Of a DNA stretch of 64,000 nt, positions 20,237 to 32,400 are shown piece by piece. The stretch spans positions 2,048,001-2,112,000 of the forward strand of contig OZ250169.1 of assembly GCA_965237955.1 (NCBI GenBank), given 5' to 3'. Position 1 is the first letter of the stretch. Each line of letters begins with the position of its first letter. The position numbers and the translations under genes were made by a program. Source of the stretch: Candidatus Marinacidobacterales bacterium (GTDB lineage: Bacteria > Acidobacteriota > Vicinamibacteria > Marinacidobacterales > SMYC01). The notes beneath the pieces were generated by a model. The model did no database searches, had not been told where the DNA came from, and saw nothing but the letters and a program-made list of their open reading frames with translations.

Positions 20237-21810
20237 ACGACGGTCCTCATTTTTCTGGTTTTCTCGGTGGTCTCACCGTTCTTTCTGGCCTGATCCTTAA
20301 CCGCCTTGATCCTGTCCAGAAGAACCGATGCGGGCTCGTCGCTGAGGTCCTGCGCGACGAGTTGACCGGCGAAGGCTTTCTTCAGAACCGATTGGCGAAG
20401 TGCATCTGCCTTCTGCAGTTCCTGACTGATACCCGCTTCCGTTTCATCAACGAGCGACAGCGTCTTCTCAAGAATGCTGGCGACTTCGCGCTGTTCTTCA
20501 ATCGAACAGCACGGAAATGGGTAGTTTGAGAGTTTGGTGCCGTTGATGTTTGACTGGTTGACTCCGTCAGTTTTGACACTGTTGCCGTACTTCCGGGCAA
20601 CGTGCGAGTTGAGGAACAGGTTTACGTATTGGCTGTCAGCAATCGAGCGGATGTGGTTCACACGAATGAGGTATCCTGCGAAGATGGCTCGGCGTTCGCC
20701 CCTGTAAATGGCAGTTTTGCCAACTAGTTCAGGACTGTTAGTACGGTTGAAGAGGACGTCGCCATCGTGAAGCAGATATTCCGAGATCTCATCATCATCT
20801 GAGGTATAGACAAGGTCCGCCCAATCAAACTTCGCATTCTGGATATTTCCCATGCGAAGTACTGGTGCTGTGCCCGCCTTCGCAGACTTTGCAGCTGTCC
20901 CGTATTTCACTCCGCAAGTCAGCGACCCCAGCTTTCGCCATACCCACAATTCTGGCAACTGCGGTAGTTTCGCGATCACATCGTGGGGAACATCAGCTAT
21001 TTCTAGCAGCTTCTTCGGCCTCGGAGGCTTCTTGCCAGCCTTACCGCTTTCTTCCCACATTTTGACAGCGGTCTTCCACTCCTGGAGTTGCAGCTCGTAG
21101 CGTGCCTCCCGCTCCTGTTTGATGCGAGCGAGCAATTGCTCAGGCGTCTCAAGCTTGTCTTTGTTCTCTGAGCGCCATTGGGCCGTTAGCTTGCCTTCGA
21201 AGGCGTGTTTGAGCACAGCCTGGCGGTAGGTTGCCAATTGTGTGCGCGCTATCTTCAGGCTCTCGATGCCCTTGTCCAGTGCGGAAAACAGTTCCTCGAT
21301 CTTGGTCACAATGCGGTGTTGCATGACTGTTGGAGCGAGAGGTATCGGAAGGCTGCCGAAAGCTCTACCAGATAGCTCCAAAAACGTCGTGCCACTTGCG
21401 CGCTTGCGCGCATACTCTCGTGACGCTATCAAGTAGTAGTAGACGAACTCGTTCGAGATGCCAGGAGCGGGAACAAGGCTCTTGAAGCCTTGATTTGTTG
21501 CTAACTGCTCCGAGCTGATGACTACGTAGCCGATTGGCGCGCGCGAGGAAAAATGCACGCTGCCTGCAGGCATCACCTTTGCTGAGCTGTTCGCTAGGCC
21601 GACCCGGGAGATGCTCTTTGTGCCATTCTTGATTGTCTTGGCCGAGTAGCCCGTCAAGTCGGCTGGTGAAATCCAATTGATCTCATTTGACCAATAGGTT
21701 GGTTCCTTGGTTGACGGCGTTCCACCCGCAACGATTTCCCCGATTTTCGACAGGCTCGTCCACGCCCAGTTATCGGGGACTGTCCATCGCAATTCTGGCT
21801 CGTAACTCAT
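20233..21810 (-). CDS. hsdS: Type I R-M specificity subunit
   Basis: Two TRDs with conserved PLAP..MQ.RIV.KIEEL and LRQSVLKKAF.G.L helices; overlaps hsdM and hsdR by 4 nt. Confidence 0.93.
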   Translation of the reverse strand: MSYEPELRWTVPDNWAWTSLSKIGEIVAGGTPSTKEPTYWSNEINWISPADLTGYSAKTIKNGTKSISRVGLANSSAKVMPAGSVHFSSRAPIGYVVISSEQLATNQGFKSLVPAPGISNEFVYYYLIASREYARKRASGTTFLELSGRAFGSLPIPLAPTVMQHRIVTKIEELFSALDKGIESLKIARTQLATYRQAVLKHAFEGKLTAQWRSENKDKLETPEQLLARIKQEREARYELQLQEWKTAVKMWEESGKAGKKPPRPKKLLEIADVPHDVIAKLPQLPELWVWRKLGSLTCGVKYGTAAKSAKAGTAPVLRMGNIQNAKFDWADLVYTSDDDEISEYLLHDGDVLFNRTNSPELVGKTAIYRGERRAIFAGYLIRVNHIRSIADSQYVNLFLNSHVARKYGNSVKTDGVNQSNINGTKLSNYPFPCCSIEEQREVASILEKTLSLVDETEAGISQELQKADALRQSVLKKAFAGQLVAQDLSDEPASVLLDRIKAVKDQARKNGETTEKTRKMRTVV

Positions 21811-24599
21811 CCCGCTAACGCTTCATTCAATTCGTCAATCACGCTATCCATCCGGTTCCCGAAGAGCTTGTACATTTGGCCCATGCCGCCCTTGCTATCG
21901 AACGGAGCCATGTCAAGGTCGTCGCGGTCCAGATGAAAAGAACTGATGACGTGGTCGCGAATCATGCGCAGCCATTCCATCTGCTCCTCATTGAATTTCT
22001 GTCCGCGACCACTATGTCGCGTCATGATCCAGTTCTGGAAGTTGCGCCGCACGGTTTCTGAATAGGGCGAGACCTTCGCATCAATGCCACAGACGCAGCG
22101 GATCAGCGCCACGAGCGCCGTTAGTTCAGTGGCGGGCTGCTGCCCCTTGTAGTCATCGAGCAGGGCGTAGGCCTGCCAGACGCGTAAGGGGGCTAGGCGG
22201 GGCTTGTCAGCTCTAAGCTTGTCGAAGATTTTGCGGATCATCGCGTAGCTCAGCTCACTGCGCCGATGCGGCTGGGCGTAGAAGATGGTCAGGGCTTCGA
22301 TCTCGTCGCGGTTAGCTTCCAGATATTGCTGGAAGTCCTGTGCCATCGCCTCTGCATTTTCCTTGGCGTCGCCCTCCCATTCGGCCCGGAGCACGGTGTC
22401 GAGGCTCTCATGATCGATGGTCTGTTCCTTGTCGCGGCGGATGGAGTCGATCAACTCAATCAGCTCACCGTTGAAGACGGTTGCCGCATCACTGACCAGC
22501 TCGTCCTGAGCTTTTTCGCGTGCGGCCAGTGCCGGCTCAGCGCCGTCTGCGATCGGCTCGATCACGCGGGCCCTGGCCTCAACGCGATCGGGATCGATGG
22601 CGGCCAGCAGATTGCCGATGATCTCGGTGAGCTCTATGCCGCTCGCCTTCTCCCGGATGCGCTCCTGCTCCTGGTGGTCGAGCTGCCGGTTGAGGCGGGC
22701 GAGGCGGCCGGCGAGTGAGCTCACCGTGTCTTCGTCACGAGCACCCATCATCACGCCCATGGCCAGATCCTTGAGCGGGACGGAAGGCTTTGTGATGAGT
22801 GGCTGGCTGGCGGTCTTGAGCGATTTCGTCACACCGACGGCGTCGACAATCACATAGTGCGTCTTGCCGCAGGCGACTGAGGGCGAAACCTTCTTGAGGT
22901 CGTCATGGTCGAGTGTGCGGGTGCCGCGGCCTTTCATCTGTTCGAAATAGTTGCGGCTCCTCACGTCGCGCATGAAGAGCAGGCATTCGAGCGGCTTGAC
23001 GTCGGTACCCGTGGCGATCATATCCACGGTTACAGCGATACGCGGGTAGTAGTCGTTTCGGAACTGGGCGAGGACGGATTTCGGATCTTCTTCGACCTTG
23101 TAGGTGATCTTCTGGCAGAACTCGTTGCGTTCAGCAAATTCCTCGCGCACGGTCTGGATGATGTCGTCGGCGTGGCTGTCGGTTTTGGCAAAAACAAGCG
23201 TCTTTGGGACTTCGCCGCGGCCGGGGAATATCTCCGACAGCTTGTCGCGAAAGGTGCGGACGACAGTGCGGATCTGATCAGGGTTGACGATGTCTCTGTC
23301 GAGTTGCCGGGCGGCATAGGTGACGTCCTCATCCTGGATCTCCCAGCGCTTTCGGCGTGTCAGGCGCTCGCGCTTCTCGACCTTCTGGTCCTCCTTGAGT
23401 TGGCCGCCATGCTTGGTCTTCTCCGTATCGATGACATAAATTTCGTTGCCGACATTGACGCCGTCCGCGACGGCTTGCTCATGGGCATACTCGCTGACGA
23501 CGTTCTTCTTGAAGAACCCATAAGTGCGGTTGTCCGGCGTGGCGGTGAGGCCGATGAGATAGGCGTCGAAATATTCAAGGACCTGGCGCCAGAGGTTGTA
23601 AATTGAGCGGTGGCATTCGTCGATGATGATGAAGTCAAAAAACTCAAGTGGAATCTTGCCGTTATAGACGACCGGCATCGGTTGTTTGGGCTGCACCATC
23701 TCCGCCGGGTTGATCTGCTCCACGGCTTCATCCAACTCCTGGTCCTTCAACAGCGAGTACATACGCTGGATGGTGCTGATGCAGACCTGGCTGTCCTTGG
23801 CAACGAAGGAGGATTTCAGCCGCTGCACGTTGTACAGCTCCGTAAATTTACGGTTGTCGTCACTAGGCACGTAGGCCGTAAATTCCTGCTCGGCCTGTTC
23901 ACCGAGATTCCTGGTGTCCACCAAGAACAGGATCCGTTTGGCGTCAGCGTGCTTCAGCAGACGATAGATCGATGTGATGGCGGCGTATGTCTTGCCGGAC
24001 CCGGTCGCCATCTGGATGAGGGCCCGCTGGCGGTCGTCCCGCAGCGACTCTTCGAGCCCTTCAATCGCTGTGATCTGGCACGCCCTGAGGCCTGAGGGGT
24101 TGAGGCTGGGCATGGTGCGTAGCCGTGCGCGCAGCGGTGCGGGTTGCGTGAACCACCCGGCCAGCGTTTCAGGGCGGTGGAAATTAAAGACCTCGCGCGA
24201 GCGGGGCTTCGGGTCGCGGGTATCGGTGAAGCGCGTCACGACGCCCGTGCTCTCTTAGATGAAGGGAAGCGGCTCCTTGTTGTTTAGCCATTTCAGCTTT
24301 GCGGCCGCGTAGCCAGCAGACTGATCTTCAACCGTCGTGATCTTCTGGCCCCAGTCCTCGGGTTTTGCCTCGATGACGCCGACCGGGTTCTTGTCGATGA
24401 ACAGAACGTAGTCGGCGGGACCGACATCCGTCTGGTATTCGCGGATGGCGATGCCGAAGCCAGCGCTGAAGTCTATCTCGTTTTTCGACTGCACCTTCCA
24501 GCCAGCCTCGTCCAGCAGCTGGTCGATGGTGTCGCGCGCCTTTTGTTCGGGGGTGCGGTTCTTGTCAGCCATTGCTTCGGTCATTTCATATTGAGCCAT
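21807..24599 (-). pseudogene. hsdR: Type I R-M restriction subunit interrupted by an in-frame TAA at 24255-24257
   Basis: ADY..IEAK nuclease motif upstream; MATGSGKT, DECH, TAT and QMKGRGTR downstream. The same frame reads LPFI*ESTGVVTRFTD. Confidence 0.9.
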
Positions 24600-24714
24600 C
24601 GGTTGAACTAGTTTTGCGCGAGTCGGTTTGTGCCGTCGATACTGAAAATACCGTGATCGGCCAGCACAGCATAGTCTCCCTCGGAGGCAAGCGCGATCTG
24701 ATTGCGCAGGTCTA

Positions 24715-24850
24715 CGACGGACTCATACCCGTTGCGGCGTCCCTTCTCTTTCGTCGTGGCCGGCGCGTTCTCGTAGTAGCTGCGACCCAACGCCTCCGTG
24801 ACCTTACGCTCGAGTGCGTACTGAAGCATCATCCGCGCTCCCGGGATGTG
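24715..24850 (-). pseudogene. IS256-family transposase N-terminal remnant
   Basis: ALERKVTEALGRSYYE...GRRNGY resembles the LEAE....LG..RY.R....RNGY motif. Confidence 0.6.
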
Positions 24851-25039
24851 TCTCGAACACGGAGGGCAGCGCGCATTGTGAACGTGCGCACCAGTACGAG
24901 CAGAGCTCAACAGATTTGCGATAACGCCGAAGTGACCTTGACCTGACCCCACGGTTAGTACCACGTTGTATCTCAGTAACTCGGTGCTGACAAGGGCTGG
25001 TTGAAGCCGGCGGAGCGGAGCCGGTTTAAACCAAATCGT

Positions 25040-25095
25040 TTCCGGTGAGCAGTTCGTCGCGTAGCTTACAGTTGAAGCTCTCTACGTAAGCTGTG
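25040..25095 (-). pseudogene. Tiny IS3-family transposase remnant
   Basis: AYVESFNCKLRDELL. Confidence 0.6.
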
Positions 25096-25266
25096 CCCGT
25101 CGTGTCCAAAAACACAAACGAACTCAAGACTGGCGCGCCGTGTTAGCGGCGGGCGTAAATTGCACACTCGGCCATCCGTAAAAGGAGGCCGTTGTCGTGT
25201 GTCTGGAGTGCCAGACATGACGGCGCGCCTTCAATCAGAATGGCGTTTCCGGAGTGGAGGCGCCGA

Positions 25267-26419
25267 TGTACGGAAGGGAGAAACGAGTGTTACTACAAGA
25301 GTATTTGGAGCAGGGAATCAAGAAGGCGGCGCTAGCAGACAAGCTAGGAATCAGCCGCCGAACGGTCCACCACTGGATAAAGACGGGTCAACTGGACCGA
25401 GAGTTGGACGAGGAAACGGTGCGCTACAAGAAGCGTCCGCGGATCGAGCGCAGGATCGACCCGTACCGGGAGATCCTTCATTCGCGCCTGCACGAGTTCC
25501 CGGAGCTGAGTTCAGTACGCCTGCATGATGAGATCCGTGCCGCGGGCTATGAAGGCGGCTACACGCAGGTCAAGGAGTACGTGCGGCAGATTCGCCCACA
25601 GCCACCGGCGGAGCCGGAGCTGAGTTCAGTACGCCTGCATGATGAGATCCGTGCCGCGGGCTATGAAGGCGGCTACACGCAGGTCAAGGAGTACGTGCGG
25701 CAGATTCGCCCACAGCCACCGGCGGAGCCGCTGGTGCGTTTCGAGACCCCACCAGGCCACCAAGCTCAGGTCGATTTTGCACACTTTCGTTTGCCATGGG
25801 GTCGTCGGTGGGCACTTCTCGTGGTGCTCGGATACTCGAGGCTGCTATGGCTTCGGTTTTTCAAGCGACAGGACATGCGGACGTTGTTCGCGGGGCTTGA
25901 GCAGGCCTTCCTATTTTTTGGAGGAGTTCCCAAAGAGCTCCTTTTTGACCAGATGCGTTCGGTCATCGTCGAGGATCACCGCCGGGAAGGTGGCCCTCTC
26001 GTTGAGAACCCAGAGTTCGTCCGCTTCGCCCACCACTGGGAGTTTCGAACAAGAGCGTGTCGCCCGTATCGGGCGAAGACCAAGGGCAAAGTGGAAAGGC
26101 CAATCCGCTATGTGAGAGGAAGCTTCTTCTACGGTCGCCACTTTATCAACGATGACGACCTCGATGCTCAGATCGAGCGTTGGCTGAGTGACGTCGCCAA
26201 CGTCCGACTCCATCGCACAACGAACGACCGATAGAACGATTCGCGCGCGATGAAAGGGCCACTCTGAGACCGCTCGTTGAGCGGCCATATCGCTCTCTTG
26301 TACTGCCAAACCAACCCGCGAGAAGAACTCCAAAAGCCTGCTTAACCACACTGCCTTCGATGGATGTCGAGCATCGTCCCCTCGAAGTCTACACGCGGCT
26401 CGTTGGAGGTGGACAATGA
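25267..26419 (+). pseudogene. istA: IS21 transposase IstA with a 114-bp tandem duplication and a frameshift near 26225 (premature stop 26234)
   Basis: RFETPPGHQAQVDF, LFDQM and KTKGKVER motifs. Confidence 0.85.
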
Positions 26420-27256
26420 AGGCGAGCACAATATCGCGACGTGAGCAGATCCGTACGATGCTGGCCGACCTAAAGATGCCTGGCGCGCTCGAAGCTGTCG
26501 ACCGCGTACTATCTGATGCCGATGGCGGTGCGGTCACAACGGCGGAGGCCATCGAGAACCTTCTTGGAGCGCAGATCACGTTGAGAAACAACCGTCGTCT
26601 CCAAGCGGCGATGCGCTCCTCACGACTCCCCGCGGTCAAAACAATCGATGAGTTCGATTTTTCGTTCCAGCCATCGATCAAACGCGAGCAGATTGAGAAC
26701 CTTCACGAGCTCGGGTTCGTTGAACGTAAGGAGAACGTCGTCTTATTGGGACCTCCTGGTGTGGGCAAAACTCATCTCGCGATTAGTCTTGCCATCGCCG
26801 CTGCCCAGAATGGACGGCGCGTCTATTACGGCACCCTGGCTGAGCTCATCACCTCCCTCGAAGAGGCTCGTGACGCGGGCCGCCTCACTCGTCGACTCGC
26901 GGTTCTCAGTTATCCGTCACTGCTTGTTGTCGATGAAATCGGATACCTACCCGTCACCCAGACCGGCGCGGTGCTTTTTTTCCAGCTCATAAGTAGGCGA
27001 TACGAGCGCGCTTCGACCGTGCTCACCTCTAACAAAAGTTTCGAGGAATGGGGCGAGATCCTTGGCGACGAAGTCATGGCCGCCGCTCTCATCGACCGCA
27101 TTTCTGCACCACTGCCACCTCGTCAACATCCGAGGAAACAGTTACCGCATGAGAGAGTACTCCGAACTGTGGCGAGCGCTCCATCCGGCGGGTTCGGACG
27201 AACCTCACCCGCCGGCTAAATCTCATAGGAAATACACGGAGGCGACGGCGTCATAG
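26416..27256 (+). pseudogene. istB: IS21 helper ATPase IstB, frameshifted near 27100
   Basis: GPPGVGKTHLA, LLVVDEIGY, LTSN; the tail LHHCHLVNIRGNSYR is in another frame. Confidence 0.88.
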
Positions 27257-28572
27257 GGTTCGCCACCCATGGCTCGGGTGTGCAATTTTCATCCGCCATG
27301 AATGCGCAGTTTTCGGCCGGCGTTGACACGCCGAGCCGTTTCGAGCGTCATCGCCCCCTGGCGAACTCCAGATCAGGGGCGTGTCGGAGGCGATGTCGGC
27401 GATTCGGGTTCTCCGCACGCGCAGGAAAAACACTGTCCAGCAACGGGATGCCACGCTGCCGGGCGGAGACCTGGATCCAGGCACGGGCCGCACCTGGACC
27501 AGAACGTGCTAGCCCGCTATGCCTCGGTAGCCCCGGCCTCGATTCTGGGCCTCTCGGGTGGCCTCTTTTCCGCTGCCGCACGGCCCGGTCAGCGCCCGTT
27601 CTTCTATTTGGCGCAAACGTGGCACTCGAAAATCGAGATTAGAGACGAAAGCCGAAAATGAGGCCCGTTCCGCCCTTCTAGCGCGTCTCTGGTGCCACCT
27701 ACCCCTGCAAAACCCCGCCAACCGCGCGGAAAATCTCATCCGTCTCTGCAGTGCCACAATTGGCCAGACTGGGTGGCGGATGGTGCAGTCTCGAGCCATC
27801 CGGTCTCGGCAAAAGGTATTTTGGCAATTTTGGGAGTCAGGATCGAACTTTTGGCCGTGCGCGTGGTTGGGGCAATGTAGCGAAAACTCAGAGAAGCCCT
27901 GATGCCCACAGCGTTCTATCCTGTTTTTTTACAGTGACTTAAAGGAAGCCACCACGTGCTGGTCCCCGCACATCTCATCGACGGGTGCTCGTTCCGAGCC
28001 GGAATCGAATTTGCTTCAATCAAATTTCTTATACGGCAATCTCAACCTCCTGGATGCTTGAAAGAGGGCCGTGTCGTAAACCCTCCGGAGGCGGATCCGA
28101 CCGTTACTCATTGTAGCAAAAGGCTTTACGTCTCATCAGCGAATGTTCGTCGACGGGAACATCTTTCCGGCTATCGCAGTCGGGAGGCTCGAGTGGAGCT
28201 TCCGATTCTTGGCTGGAAACGATCAGAAACAGAGCTAAACAGGCCATTAACGTGCAATTTGGTGTGATTTTGGGGCTTATCGGGACGTTTTTGCGCTTAA
28301 TCGTGCAGACAATGAGAAGACGCTTAACGCCTAGATCGCGCCTGAGGAGAAGGCGAATGGCGGAATTCGAATTGGCCAAACCTCGAATTCATCCAGCGGA
28401 GTTTTATGGAGGAAACGAAGATGACTCCGCAGACGGTCCAGTACAAGGAGCTATCCGAGTCTGGAAACCATGACAGGGAATTTGGGCCAGTTTGAGGCTG
28501 ATTGGTGGAGGCCAGTGTCGGAGAGCAGCTTGCTGCTAACCGAGCCCATTCACGGAGTGGGCGCTGGCAGGC

Positions 28573-28917
28573 TCACAGCGTTTTGACGAGCACTCGCTGT
28601 TTCTCCCAATCGTCGGGAAGCGGATGATGCAAGAGGTAGCTCGAGGTCAGCCCAACGGCCTGGCGGCCTTCGACAATGGCGCGGACGATGTCGGGAGCCA
28701 GGAAGGCATAACGGATTGCCTTGCGCACGCGGTCCGTTGGGATGGCGTTTTCGGTGGCAATCTGCTCATAGGTTTTGCCTGCTTTGATTCGGTCGAGCCA
28801 GGAGAGGGCGTTGGCGATATTGCGCAGGAGTTCCGTCTGGGACCGCGCCGTTGACGCCGCGGCAAGGATGGTCACGAGGAAAACCGCCGAAAGGCGGGGG
28901 GAAAGATCCGTGTGCAT
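28573..28917 (-). pseudogene. Chimera: signal peptide of a glycosyl-hydrolase paralog fused to the C-terminal tail of a recombinase-family protein
   Basis: The first 28 codons nearly duplicate 32096-32180. The tail AFLAPDIVRAIVEGRQ...LPDDWEKQR resembles large serine recombinase C-termini. Confidence 0.65.
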
Positions 28918-28969
28918 GGCGTCTATCTCCCTGGACTTACTTGAGGAACATAAAGGAACGGCTTAGACT

Positions 28970-31900
28970 CTATCGCGGCTGTCTCCAATCGACGCTCAGA
29001 GGCTCCTTCGCTGGGAAGAGCTCCGCGTTGAGCCCGGCCGCCACCCGCTCCCGGAACCGCGCCACCTCCTCCGCGAAGACCCGGTTCGTGCGCTCGAGCG
29101 CTCGCTTCAGGTCCTCTTCGGCCGCCCGCAGGTGTAGCCGCTCGGCCTCGGTCGGCGCCTCGCGTGCGGAGCTGAGCGTGCCGTGGATGTCACCGAAGAG
29201 ATTGCCGAGCTGCGGCAGCACCTCGTCCGACCAGCTCACCTGCCCCTGAACCCCGTGTCCAGTGAACAGTTCCTCCACGCTCGTGAGCGCCTTTTTGAGG
29301 TCGTGGCCGGCCGATGCCAGCGCCTTGGCGGTGCTGTCGGTCGCCCCGCGGTTGGCTTCGACTTGCTCCACCGCGCGGTCGACGGCGCGCTTCGCGTCTC
29401 GTAGACGATCGACCGCTTCGGCGGCGACTTCCTGACGCTGGCCCACGGTCATGATGAAGTCCAGCCTCTCACGCTGCACCGCCATCGGGACCTGGAAGCG
29501 CGGATCCTCCCGGACCTCGACCGCCGCGCTCGCTTCCTGGCCCTCGAACTTCACCCGGACGGTGTAACGGCCGGGCAGCACCTCCGGCCCCCGTACGAGC
29601 GACGGGCTGGCTGCGTCTTCCTCCTGAACACGGGGCTGGCGGAACGCGTCGCGTCGCAGGTTCCACGCGGTCCGGTTGACGCCCGGCTTGGCCGGAGCCT
29701 CGAACGTGCGAATCGTGGCACCAGCCTCGTCAAGGACTTCGAAGGTCACCTTGGCGGTGTCTCTTACCGCGGACTCGGCGGGAATGGAGTAGGTCACGAG
29801 CGCCCCGTAGGGCCGATTCTCCCCAATGAACATCCCGTCCCCCGTGACCTGCATCCCATCCGGCGGCGCCACCTGATAGCGAATGGCCACCGGGACCTCG
29901 AACAAGTGCAGCGACCTGTTTGCGATCGCGGGATCGCGCGCCAGCGCGCGCAGCGGCCCCACATCGTCCAGGATGTACACCGAGCGGCCGTGTGTCGCGA
30001 TCACCAGGTCGTGATCCCTCGGATGCACGACGAGGGCCCGCGTGGGAGCCCGCGGGAGTCCGTGACGCCACAGATGCCACTTCTGGCCTCCGTTCAGCGA
30101 CACGTACATTCCGTGCTCGGTGCCCAGGAACAGCAAATTCGCCTCGACGGGATCCTGCTCGATCACATGAACGAAGTTGAATGGCTCGATGTCCGCGGTG
30201 ACGAGGCTGGTCCAGGTGGTGCCGTAATCCATGGTCTTGAAGACGTACGGCGTGTTGTCGCCCCGACGGTGATCGTCGAAGGTCACGAACGCCGTGCCGC
30301 CGTCGAACTTGGACGCCTCGATGTGCGGCACCCAGCTGTTCGGGCGCACGCCGCGGATCCGCTCCACCACGTTGAGCCAGGTGCGGCCGCCGTCGCGCGT
30401 CAGCTGCACGTTGCCGTCGTCGGTGCCGACCCAGAGCACCCCGCGCTCGACCGGCGACGGCGCGATGGTGAGGATGGTGGTGTGATTCTCCGCCCCGGTG
30501 TCATCGAGCGTGAGCCCGCCGGACTCGTCCTGCATCTGCTTCTCAGGGTCGTTGGTGGTGAGGTCTGGGCTGATGAGGGTCCACGTCCTTCCCATGTCCG
30601 TGCTGCGATGGACGAACTGGCTCCCGATGTAGAGCGCTTGGTCGTGGGGGTCGATCGCCATCCCCGCGTTCCAGCTGAACCGGAGCTCGATCGCCTCGGG
30701 ATGGGCCGGCACGATGGACTTGCGCTCGCCGGTTTGAAGATCGGACTGGAGGATGCGGCCGCCTTGCCTCGTGGCGTAGACGTAGCGCGGGTCGTTGGGC
30801 TCGGCGAGCACGGCGAAGCCATCACCGAATCCGATGTTCTTCCAGTCGTAGAAGCGGATGCCGCCGTTGTGCCACACGGAGCTCGGCCCGTGCCACATGT
30901 GGTTGTCCTGGAGCCCACCCATGATGTTGAACGGCGTCGCCAGGTCCACGTTGACGTGGTAGAACTGGCCGAGCGGCAGGTTCTCGATGAAGCGCCACGA
31001 GGCGCCGCGATCGCGCGAGAGGTAGACCCCGCCGTCGTTGCCGTCGATCAGGAACTTGCCGTCGGGGCTCACCCAGAACGCGTGGTGATCCCCGTGCACC
31101 CGCCCCAAGCGGAGGAGCGGCCGAAAGAGCTTGCCGCCGTCCTCTGAGCGATCAATCGTCCCGTGCAAGTTATACACGCGGTCCTCGTTGGTGGGGTCGA
31201 CCCGCACCTGCGCGTAGTAGAACGGCCGCCCGGCGATCCTTTCAGCGACATCGCTTCCGTGAACGTGGAAGGCCGTGAACGAGTCGTTCACGACCTTCCA
31301 CGTGTCGCCACGGTCGTGGGAGCGCAGCATTACGCTGCGCTTGGCCTCGACCACGGCATAAACCACCTGGGGTCCCCCGCGCGAAGTCGAGCCCCATGCG
31401 GCCGAGCTCGCCCTCGGGGAGGCCTTCGTTGGGACTCAGCCGCTTCCAGCTCTCGCCGCCGTCGTACGTGACGTGGAGCCCGCTCCCCGCTCCACCCGAG
31501 CGGAAAAACCACGGCCAGCGCCGGTGATCCCACATGGCGGCGATGAGGTGATTGGGGCTCGCGGGATCCATGACGAGGTCGCCGGCACCGGTGGTCTCGT
31601 TCACGTAGAGCACCTTGTCCCAGCTCTTGCCGCCGTCGGTGGTCTTGTACACGCCCCGGTGCGGGCTCTCCTTCCAGGTGTTGCCGAGGGCGCCGACGTA
31701 GGCAAGCTCCGGATTGCTCGGGTGCAACACGATCGCGTCGATCGCGCCGCTCGACTCGAGCCCTACGTGTTGCCAGCTCTTGCCGCCGTCCAGCGACTTG
31801 TACACCCCGGTGCCGACCCCGGCCGAGTTGCGGCGGTTGCGCTCGCCGGTGCCGATCCAGACGAGCTCGGGCGCCGCCTGGTAGATGGCGATCGCCCCCA

Positions 31901-32180
31901 CCGAGGACGCGGGCAGGCTGTCGGTGAGCGGCGTCCAGGTCACGCCGCCGGAGGTGGACTTCCATAGACCGCCGGTGGCCGCGCCCACGTAGATGATGTT
32001 GGGGTCGGCGTTCACGGCATCAATGGCGCTGATGCGGCCGCTCATGCCGGAGGGGCCGATGCTCCGAGCTTTCAAAACGAAAATCTCGGTGATGTCCGTC
32101 TGGGACCGCGCCGTTGACGCCGCGGCAAGGATGGTCATGAGGAAAATCGCCAAAAGGCGGGGGGAAAGACCCGCGTGCAT
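28970..32180 (-). pseudogene. Secreted VPS10/BNR-repeat (sortilin-like) glycosyl hydrolase-family protein, frameshift near 31370
   Basis: RSIGPSGMSGRISAI start and many S.DGG..W Asp-boxes across two overlapping ORFs. Confidence 0.88.
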
Positions 32181-32400
32181 CGTGGCTGACTCCCTGTATT
32201 GAATTTTGGTAAATTTCGTGCGTCCCCCGGGCGTTGCCGCACGGAATACTACACCATCACCGCGAGGGTCACATCACCTTGCTTGTGGCGTTCAAAAAAA
32301 TCGCCGGTTAAATGTCGCCGGTTAACCATGATTCCGACTATTTGGGTCAAAAATCCAATCTCCCGAAGGCGCCGATCCATCGTTCTGAACGACGGATTCG

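Larger units (their letters stand above)
25141..27328 (+). mobile_element. IS21-family element
   Basis: TG..CA ends (tgttagcggcgggcgtaaattgcacac / rc tgtcaacgccggccgaaaactgcgcat), 5-bp direct repeat cgccg at 25136-25140 and 27329-27333, and istA/istB genes. Confidence 0.93.
25098..27966 (+). repeat. Longest family B copy (about 680 bp: 25098-25140 plus 27334-27966), split by IS21
   Basis: The rejoined sequence matches 10435-10698 and 2335-2821. Confidence 0.8.

Noticed and set aside
27970-28570. Lower-GC stretch with short ORFs
   Set aside because: No recognisable motif, repeat or structure; left unannotated.
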